In this document: piece after piece, positions 1 through 8,740 of the stretch | Layout: each line of letters begins with the position of its first letter | Numbering within the stretch: position 1 is the first letter of the stretch | NCBI GenBank assembly: GCA_973895155.1 | Contig: OZ316894.1 | Coordinates: 13,635,580-13,699,579 of the forward strand | DNA length: 64,000 nucleotides | Direction: 5' to 3' | DNA from: Marsupella aquatica | Lineage: Eukaryota > Plantae > Marchantiophyta | The notes under the pieces: generated by a model | The model's input: only the letters and a program-made list of their open reading frames with translations | What the model was told of the DNA's origin: nothing | The model's database searches: none | Made by a program: the position numbers and the translations under genes

Positions 1-1227
1 ACCCTTTGATTAACCGTGTCCATTGATCCAATTCCAATGATGGGGGTGGTGGCATTCTCCTGTTAGAACCATTGTCTATCCACATCCTTTTCAACCTATG
101 CCTCTCTTGTTTCAAAATCCTCATTGCATAATCTGATATGCAATCTTCAACTGGGCCCTTACCATCATTACCAACATAGTCCCACCGTTCAAGAATGTCC
201 TTACAGATAGCAGCCCAATCAGCTTTGTTCTGACTCCTAAACTCTGTAATGCTCAAATCTAACCAACGCAATACTTCTCCTCTTAGGTCAGAATGCCAAC
301 GGTTCTTACCATCACATGTGGGAGTTATCCAACCATCGGAATTCACTTCTACTTTACCAAATTTGTTACTGTCTCCTACCTTGGTACTCCCTGAAGCGCT
401 ACTAGGTGTCCCTCCATGGCCTGGTGTCCCCCCACGGCCTGGGGTCCCTCCACGGCCTGATCTCCCCCCACGGCCTGGATTGCATTGTCCAAACCTCCCT
501 GGAGTCCCTGCACATTTACAGGATCCATTAGGTAAGTATGAATCATAAATCCTGCTGCCAAATATACACTGGACTTCAGAGCAATTCTGCAATGACCAAG
601 TTACCTCTCCCTTGGCGCATAGATGGTTCTAGACCACCTGTCCTATTGCTTTGTCTTGATGAATTAGGGCCGTTTCTCCCGCCTATGAATGATTGCCTCC
701 TATCTGAACGTGGATGGCCTTTGTTGTTTTTGTGATTGTCCCAATCAGAGTCTGCATACCAACAGGTACATGCCACACTCATGGACCTGTAAGATAAACT
801 CTTTGCCCTAGCTACACATCAGATAAGTCCAGATTGAGCTAAATCTCTACTACCATCACAAAATCACTAGCACAAGGCACTTACTTTTCCAATCATCCTC
901 CTCACCTTTCCATTGCCCTCTGTACCCGTCTCTACCACGCTCTGGGTGTTCATATTCATCCCATCCATCTTCTGCTCCATCATAGTCATCATCATAATTA
1001 TCAGGCGTCCCTTGCCAATAACTCTGGCTCCTTCTAGGGTATGGATTATGTGATTTCTCTCTAGCTGCCCACCTACCTAGGACTTGATGAGGGCCCTGTG
1101 CATCCTGCACAGGTGCATTTTTCTGTGAGCCCCCTGCATCTGGGTCTCCATCCATATCCAATCTTTCCTCTTCACCCCACTCTCCAAGCCCCATGTCTGT
1201 CTCCATGTCATCACCCTCTTCCCCCAT
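1..1227 (-). pseudogene. CACTA accessory (Ptta/En/Spm TNP1-like) gene, spliced/degenerate, runs off window
   Basis: Minus-strand blocks 856-1227 (acidic), 576-782 (R/G/N-rich) and ~1-400 (…WHSDLRGEVLRWLDLSITEFRSQNKADW…ILKQERHRLKRMW…LDQWTRLIK) lie directly downstream of DUF4216, as expected for a CACTA second gene. Confidence 0.5.
408..479. repeat. 18-bp tandem repeat, ~4 copies (GTCCCYCCACGGCCTGGN)
   Basis: Directly visible; it produces the PPRPGV repeat of ORF 249..548. Confidence 0.85.
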
Positions 1228-1444
1228 AGCTTCTGCACAGCACCCACAACCAAACAGGGAGAATCAGCACACTAAATTCAAAGTATCAATCAATTTCATG
1301 CATATCCAACTATCCTAAACATCATTCCAGGCAGCAATTCCCGTTCTGTGACTCTGTGCAGGTAGTCATCCTCATACTTGTCAATCGCCAGTTGTTGCCT
1401 ATTGCACATCATCAACCTCATCATATTCCATCTCCCCAGGTTCA

Positions 1445-2115
1445 TCATATGTCTCTCAATGTTAAGGGGATGTAGTCAGTCCCCGCCCGAGTTGGAAGTA
1501 CAGTCTCGTGACTAGGATGCTCGAATGCAGCATGGTCATCCAAACTGAACTCTACTTTACTTCCATCCATCCGCCTGTTCCGTGCTTGGCTATGGCATAC
1601 CACCCTCCAGCCATGTGACTCCTCCACATCTGCAAAGAAAGCCTGTTCAACTTGGCTAGGGAAAACAAAAGGCTCAGACCATTCTGGTACTCTGGACCTA
1701 AAATTGGCCAACAAGAACCCATCATGATCACGCTTCATGGTGGCCCTTGGTCTCTGCCACTCTGATTTCACCCATGATCCCTTCATCAATATCACTGGGA
1801 CACTTGTGTTACCATAATTCAACACCCAAATGTCGGTCAACTCCCCCACGTAACCCATCTTCATCCACCCCCTCTGTTCTTCAGAGGTTCTCTGCTCAAA
1901 CACAAAAATCAAACCACAATCATATGATACACAATGGTCACCCTGCTCATCCCTCACTCGATAATGATTTCCATAAGCTCTCATCCGTTTGTAGGTCAGA
2001 ATAGACAATCGTGGTGGCATAGATAGAAGATACAAATCCTTCTCCATATCTGGGTGATGTCTACTATGCTCTCGAATTGTCACCCGAATCCACTGCTCGA
2101 ACTGTGGGAAGCTCC
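1445..2115 (-). pseudogene. CACTA transposase C-terminal region (DUF4216-like)
   Basis: Motifs YKRMRAYGNHYRV, SYDCG, YVGELTDIWVLNYG, LMKGSWV, DHDGFLLANF, EPFVFPSQVEQAFFA, WRVV. Confidence 0.85.
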
Positions 2116-2399
2116 AAACAATCAGTGCACATCCAACCTCCCTGGTGTGCTGATGGGAGGCCCACCCCTGGACAGTTGTTTTCTGTAGCAAGGTCAGACT
2201 CCGGGTTGAGGTGGAAATGCCTCATGCAAGGGCCCTCACATATGGCTAAGCCCCCACCATCATCACAAATGGCACAACAATGAGCTGCCTTCTGGAAAAT
2301 CTGACGTGCGGAGAAGTTACTACCATCAGGCCCAACTACACATGTGTTGCTGCTCACCTCTATCCCCCGCTTCTTGGCTCGGATTTTAGGGCGGGCCAT
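2064..2399 (-). CDS. PHD zinc finger (EDM2/NSD type) ORF abutting DUF4216 in another frame
   Basis: CAICDDGGGLAICEGPCMRHFH…C…WMCTDC; basic NLS-like N-terminus (RPKIRAKKR). Confidence 0.8.
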   Translation of the reverse strand: MARPKIRAKKRGIEVSSNTCVVGPDGSNFSARQIFQKAAHCCAICDDGGGLAICEGPCMRHFHLNPESDLATENNCPGVGLPSAHQGGWMCTDCLELPTVRAVDSGDNSRA

Positions 2400-3066
2400 G
2401 CCTACCCATGAGACAGATAGTACAATTTAGCAAAGTGCACAGACAATACAATTTAGCAATGTACAAAAAGTACAATGTAGCATATAGACTAGAGTGGCAA
2501 TTGCTACTGCAATGAAATGATCACACACAGATGTAGAGTATACATACTTTTTGGTTTGTTGAGCCCACTCTGAAAACTGATCCCCTAGTACAATAGCTCC
2601 ACCTACACCTCAATTTTGTGGCTATGATTCACCAAAGGAGATATGCAACAAGATTTAATGCATTTGAATCACATACAATAGTCGTGACATGTAAAACAGG
2701 CATTTTTCGAACAGGATTGGTATCAAGCAGTGTGATCAGGGTTGTAATTTATACATCCTAAATAGGCTATGATAGTGAATGAGACAAATAAGTTAGGCAT
2801 AAATCACTTTTTCCAGGTTATCACATGGCCCATTAATTCCAGTCTTTGAAAGGAGACTTTTAAGTGAGCTTGCTAGCCTCTTAAATTAGGATATTGTACT
2901 TAGTGCAGCCATAATAGGATAAGTTATGTACTGTTGACCCTAAACCCTGGACCCAAAATTGCTCATAATTCAAAAATTTAAGTAAATATCCTCTCTGTTC
3001 AAGTTAGAGTGTTAAGTTATAGGTCAATGGTCTCTGGTCTGTGCATGCGGTGAGACAAGTGGTCCT

Positions 3067-3516
3067 CTAGAGCGTGTGATCCAAACATGTGTAGACACCA
3101 AAGGCACCGGTGTTGGGGTCTGGGAGGGCAGGACAAGTGACATCGCCAGGCACACTACAGGATGGCGAGTGGTTCCAGATGATACATTGTGCTCTGTGCA
3201 AAAACCGACATCCAAGAGAACGCTCATCCAACTCTCGGCCAGAAGCCCTACAGGCAGGACAGTCATATTGACAACTGTGCACACACCCTTGGCACCTAAT
3301 TTGTGGTGGGTCATGTACAAGAGACACAAATACCAAGGATGTCGGGAAGGGTACTGAAGCAGGTAGAGGCCGGCTGTAGTTGTTCCTGGCAAGAACAGGG
3401 TACTCAAAGTACCATGCAGACTGGGCTGGAAGGATCCCCAGTCTGACATACTCAAGGCGCAACATCTCTGCCTTGCGTGCAAGCCGCACATGTTCAGCGT
3501 TGCGGGTCCTCACCAT
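3067..3516 (-). CDS. Small Cys/His-rich hypothetical protein inside CACTA element
   Basis: ATG-initiated 149-aa ORF with CxxC-xx-C-xxx-CxxC cluster (CQGCVHSCQYDCPAC), in a more GC-rich block between AT-rich flanks. No family recognised. Confidence 0.35.
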   Translation of the reverse strand: MVRTRNAEHVRLARKAEMLRLEYVRLGILPAQSAWYFEYPVLARNNYSRPLPASVPFPTSLVFVSLVHDPPQIRCQGCVHSCQYDCPACRASGRELDERSLGCRFLHRAQCIIWNHSPSCSVPGDVTCPALPDPNTGAFGVYTCLDHTL

Positions 3517-5597
3517 AAGTGCTGCTTTTGTGGAGATGTCCTCTTTTCACGTCCTCTGATAAGCACCTTCGATCAGCAAGGTGAGCAGGAGCTATACTTG
3601 CCTCACCAACAGCAACCAACCTTAAATTATCAGTTCCCACTCATTGTGTCATTCCCCTGGTTCCAGTTAGAGGTCACAGTATAAACATAGCATGAAACAG
3701 TCCTAATCAACTTGCTTACAAACTACAATATCCAGAAAGAGTGGAAGTCTCACCCTGCAGTTCGCAACAGAGAGGTAGTTCACTGGATGTGTTGATGTGC
3801 AGTTAAACCTCCACTATTGTTTACTTCCGGTGTATGCTGCTCAGAAGAAGACATCTTAGTAGCAGAAAATTGCAAATAATGGCCATAAGCAAACCATGAT
3901 CGTTTGCAGAATATATGCTACGACAAGTAGGATTATGAAATTCAATTGTGAGCAAAGGGAAAATGTAGTCTTACTAATACTTCACCTTCTGACTGAATTC
4001 TAGAGGATAGTTGAATTGCCAATTATAGCAGGATGAGAATGAGTGTGAGAAAAATGCCAACACCATAGGCAAACAATGCAAAAGTAACAGGGTTGGGCAA
4101 CGTACTCCGCCTACCACCCTGCACTTAGGCCACCAACCAGCACTTGGTGTAGCGGCCTAAACTTTCACGGTTAAACCTACACTTGGACAGTTAAAACATA
4201 TAAACTTTCGCTAGGAAACTTTGATCAGTCTAGGGAGGGGATAAATGCTCTCAGTTCATATTGAAGCTCAATTTTTGTTTAAGTTGATTGGAATGATGGC
4301 AGAATGCCTTATGGCAGAATGCCTTATTCACTTTGCTGAAACTCAGCAGGTCAAAGCGACAGTTGCAATGAAGGACACTATGTACATAGACACAATTAAG
4401 ACAAGAATACTTCAATCTATACTGGAATCAAGGTTGCACAACTTACCAAGAAAAAGGGCAGTTGGAGCAGGAGCTCTGCAACAAAGGCACCACCACAAAG
4501 AATGCTAAAAGATGTCAACCGCCCATAGCTGAAGGTAAACACTGTGAGCTTTTGAAGATAGACAAGGCATGAGGGATTCATCCAATGTCCCACTTCAAGG
4601 CAAGACAACACTATTCATCCATCACAGCAGTGCTCCACAGGAATGAAACCAAGCAAAATTTGGTGACCTCGGCTGATGACAAGGCCAATGTAGTTCACAA
4701 TCCTTGACCGACCAGGATATGGATTGGAATTACAATTAGTCAGCTCTTCTTCTTTGTTTCCTAACTCTGGGGGAAATGAGCATGACCAGGGAATTCTTTG
4801 AGAAATAGAAGTGCACAGGGAAAATGAAATTGACTCATTGAGCTGCGCAAGATGACCACTACAGCATACTTGGACAGTTGTTCCGCAATCCATAAAATAC
4901 CCTAACTTACATGCAATCTGTACACAACTTCTGTTGGCTGTCCCACAGCTCACGGCAGTGGCGTTGGGACAGGGCAAGTGAATATTGCCATAGCTGAAGC
5001 ACATTGAGCTTGCAGCAAGAAGTGAAGGAGCATGGCCAAAAGCAGAAAAGAAAGACAGACAGGTTTTACAAGAAGAAAACTAACAATCGCCAATCTGCTC
5101 AAATCCGCTGCACAGATCAAACCCTTTGAACTACACAACCCTCCTTTGAAAACAATCCAATGTGCTTTGGCTGGTGGATGACAAGGACTGGGAGAAGAGG
5201 AAACGTCTGCACAATCAATCCAAATGACGGGACACAGAGACCAAGCACAGATTGGATTTGTGCTTAGACAAAAACCACAAATTGTAGCATGGGCGCCATA
5301 GCATTGGGCGGCAATGGGAAGAATTACATCAAATGAGTGGACAGAGAATGAACAGTCCGGTTATAGGCAAACAGCGACTGATGCCCTGATGCAATGAAAC
5401 ACGCATTGACATAGCGGAGGGACATAAAAACTACATAAGCCAACTTACTGACCTTTTAAGGCCCACAATTTCAAGGGGAGGGACAAAGACAGCAGTAACA
5501 GACGCAGAGACAAAGCTGTACTCTGTCAATTGAGTAGGCAAGTGGGTGGGTGAAGATCAACAACCAATGTAGCAGCGCAACCAGAGTAGCAACAAAG

Positions 5598-5700
5598 AAG
5601 CAGCTTGCCCTCAGTCTCCTATTTTGCAAGCAGCTCGTGCTCACCCTCAATCTCCTATTCTGCAAGCAGCTCACGCTCGTCCCTCTTGTTTTGCAAGCAG
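5598..5700. repeat. ~36-bp imperfect tandem repeat (core TTGCAAGCAGCTC), ~3 copies
   Basis: Directly visible. Confidence 0.6.
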
Positions 5701-6704
5701 GTCATTCTTGTCGGCAATGGTGCAAGCTGTCCTCCTAAACTCTGACACCCAAAATGAATGTCAAGACCAAGCACCTCCAATCTGTTTGATCCCTTCCGCA
5801 AGTAGCCAAGCGGCAGACGATAATGTAGGGATCAAGAACCAAGTGCCAGGCGGACATTGCACAAAATGAGGACCGGGGGCAGAGACAAAATCTATCGAAA
5901 TCTACCGAAATCTACTTCTTGGGGTCCAGCCCACGGATGGACATCATGCAAGGTGGTAAAAAATGGTAAGTGCAATCGTTGGAGAGCTGTACTCGCAATT
6001 ACTAACGGTGCATCCACAAAACGTGTCATCAAGTTGTCGGTGCGGCCACAACAATTTTGACAGTCTCAGGATCACAGGTCCACAAACAAGTTGCAAATGA
6101 AGACACGCAACATCCAGGAGGGAAAGTCCACAACACTAACCCTTTGTAAAGCCCCTGAGCTTACCTTCTAGCTACCGACACAAAGAGAAAACCTACTCGA
6201 ACACTAAAGCAACCCTAAACTCAAAGTCTCACCTTAGCGCAACAACTCCTGGATTGGATTCAGCTAGCTCAGGCTCAATGAAGCATGTCGCCTCGGGCTC
6301 TCCGGATCCTCCCAAGGCAGCAAACAAGTTAGGGTCCACGGTCCTTGTGACGCCGCCGGTACGGCGGTTAATGAGTGATTCGGTCTAACTGCGCTCGGCA
6401 CGCACATTAGGAGTGTCTTAGACCGCTATTATTAGCATAACGACAGTATTTAGGTAATCATTATGGGTAGGATATCATTAGGCAATAAGGGGGAATTCAG
6501 GTTCGGACTGGCGGCTGGTCGCTATTTGCACATCCGGGTTACGAGCGTGGAGGGGCCCCTCCCTCGGGTCCGTATAACGAACTTAAGGAAGCGGCCACTG
6601 ACACGCGCTGACTCAGACCGGCGGAGTGGCCGGCACACCACAAGCGTGAGCGGTTCAGCCTATGGGCGTCGAGGAGACGTCGGGGGATCGACAAGCCCTC
6701 AAGG

Positions 6705-6711
6705 TATAAAA
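6705..6711 (+). promoter_or_regulatory. TATA box (TATAAAA) ~360 bp into LTR, 108 bp before the LTR-ORF ATG
   Basis: GTATAAAAGGGG is present in all four A/B LTRs (also ~22959 plus; ~40943 and 51033-51039 minus). Confidence 0.7.
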
Positions 6712-7372
6712 GGGGAGCCAACCCTTTGTAGTGCACCAGTCCATCAGTCCACGCGCCAGCTTCGACCCCAGCTCTCTCGTTCGCTCTAAGTTGCCACTAC
6801 GATCTCCTCTGAATGTCGCACACGATCCTCTCTAGCTTGGCCATTCGATTCTGGACGCAGTTCCTATCTACCGGAAGGCACTTGGCCGACTCATTGAAAC
6901 ACGCCAACCCGCGTCGATACAAAATCGGACGCGAGTACAAGAGAGCCATCCGCCTAGCAGGACGACACCACTACATCCTTAACTTTGACTACCCGTCTCA
7001 GAGCGAGCTTTACCGACCTGCAAAGGTATCCGGGTACTTCTTCAACGGAGACAAATATATCAGGTTCTGGGAAGCATTGCTTCGGCTTCCGGACGAGGTC
7101 TTCAATATCCCGGGTACGATCGACTTGCAGCGACATCACTTCGACCACATCCCTGCTCAGGTTTGGGCTATCATCAACAATAAGTCCAGCACTACCCGTT
7201 CGACAAGGTCGTCTGCACTCGCTTCGGAGAACTTCTACCAGCACCTACAGAGCTTCATAGGAACTCGGCTAGCAACCAACATGACCAACTCAGTCGTACC
7301 CGTACTGTCTGGGGGAAAAATGTGGTTCTTGAGGAAGCACCGGGCCTATGGCTGCTAGTGTCAAGAGAGAAC

Positions 7373-7582
7373 TTAAGTTAAAATCATGATTACTATTCTA
7401 GACTGGGTAGCAGACACCACAAGGAACGGTTCCGTGGATGAAAGCACAACATCATAACCCTTTTCTCCATACCTACGGACTATTGCCTCCTTGGCAGCTA
7501 CCTTGGGTCGAGTTACAAAATGAATATCTCCCAACGAGAAAGAAACGGGAGGCTCATCGGAGGGAGGTTTGTTGAGATCCAT
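7373..7582 (-). CDS. Small protein D2 (69 aa) with N-terminal DLNxxP (EAR-like) motif
   Basis: MDLNKPP start; resembles the adjacent ORF D1; starts 1 nt after the D1 stop. Confidence 0.5.
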   Translation of the reverse strand: MDLNKPPSDEPPVSFSLGDIHFVTRPKVAAKEAIVRRYGEKGYDVVLSSTEPFLVVSATQSRIVIMILT

Positions 7583-7583
7583 C

Positions 7584-7817
7584 TCAATACAAGATAAAAA
7601 TTGTGCAAGCCCAATCTTGCCCGTAAACTATATAAGGGTATACAATTGGCTCTATTGAATTTAATACCGCAGTTGCAAATGCTTCTCCAAAGTGAAAAGT
7701 CATATGCTGGCGCATTATCTCTTTTTGGAGTACATGAATTCTAATAAGGAAAGGATTAGGGAGAGGAAGAATAGGTACTGGTCTGGGCATTATCGTACTA
7801 TCAAATATTCCATCCAA
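7584..7817 (-). CDS. Small protein D1 (first ATG gives MPRPVP…)
   Basis: FGEAFATAVLNSIEPIV…IFIL is similar to D2 YGEKGYDVVLSSTEPFL…IMIL. Confidence 0.5.
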   Translation of the reverse strand: MDGIFDSTIMPRPVPILPLPNPFLIRIHVLQKEIMRQHMTFHFGEAFATAVLNSIEPIVYPYIVYGQDWACTIFILY

Positions 7818-7964
7818 TTAATTTTCATTCTAATGACAAGAGATAGAATCATTCAACAAAAAGATCATCCATTTCAAACAAATATCATGCATTGAGTTAA
7901 CTCTAAGTATATACATGCAGATGTTTATCTTAATAGGTTGATCTTCTTTTGAATGAAAATACTA

Positions 7965-8227
7965 TCTGAAGGTCCAACTCATACAAAATACCTCTGGCCG
8001 AGCCGAAGCTCTAAGCAAGAGTGCATGAGTGGGTCTACTTCATAAGGATTTCACCCAAAAGGGAGCATATGATGTCAAGGCATTGTTGAGCACTTTCTAA
8101 CTCTTTAGAACTTAATAACCATCTCCTATCAAATGACAACACTTTCTGAAGGTCCGACTCATACAAAATATCCCTGGCCGAGCCGAAGCTCTAAGCAAGA
8201 GTGCATGAGTGGGTCTACTTCATAAGG
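7965..8227 (-). repeat. Two 83-nt near-identical copies (7965-8047, 8145-8227) of a hairpin-forming sequence
   Basis: 3 differences in 83 nt; 180-bp period. Minus strand folds with ACUCAUGCA/UGUAUGAGU and GAGC-UUCG-GCUC stems. Confidence 0.85.
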
Positions 8228-8444
8228 GTTATATTCATAGAAGAGATCATCAAGTCCAATGGATTTTTAAGACTTCACAACTTAGTTGATGAAAAATGGG
8301 GAGTGAGGGGAGAGAGCCCCTCTCCTCTTTATTTATAGTGCTCACACCTCAAGCACACGGATCAAGCATGACACACGGATGGAAGCCATGTGTCACACAT
8401 CCAAGGCAAGTAAGTGTGCTAGTACTGTAGTTACGTGAGTGGAG

Positions 8445-8740
8445 CAACTGTAGACAGTACACTGTAGTATGCACACTGTAGATCGTACACTATAGCATGC
8501 ATACTGTAGATCGTACACTGTAACATGCACACTGTAGATTGTACACTGTAGCATGCACACTGTAGATCGTACACTGTAGCATGTACACTGTAGTATGCAC
8601 ACTGTAGCATGTACACTGTAGCATGCACACTGTAGATCGTACACTGTAGGTCTTGCACTGTAGCATGCACACTGTAGATCGAATAATATAGCATGCATAC
8701 TGTAGACCGTGTACTGTAGCATGCACACTATAGATTGCAT
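8445..8740. repeat. 14-bp minisatellite (ACTGTAG-CATGCAC / ACTGTAG-ATCGTAC units), ~20 copies
   Basis: Directly visible; upstream of the D TATA box on the minus strand. Confidence 0.92.

Noticed and set aside
249-548. Pro-rich plus-strand ORF
   Set aside because: Antisense shadow of the CACTA gene plus the 18-bp repeat.
3700-6340. Possible degraded exons here and at 26237-27300
   Set aside because: Splice-like signals are present, but no sustained frame or recognisable motif.
6463-6789. Short ORF at LTR start, and the many antisense ORFs over LTR and pol
   Set aside because: The start codon and frame are not kept in element B; the others are GC-rich shadow frames.
7965-8227. CRISPR-like repeat-spacer-repeat, or hammerhead retrozyme
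   Set aside because: Only two 83-nt copies, the spacer is partly homologous to the flank, and there are no cas genes. No CUGAnGA/GAAA hammerhead core was found on either strand.
8393-8740. Three Cys/Tyr-rich minus-strand ORFs
   Set aside because: Artefacts of the 14-bp minisatellite.
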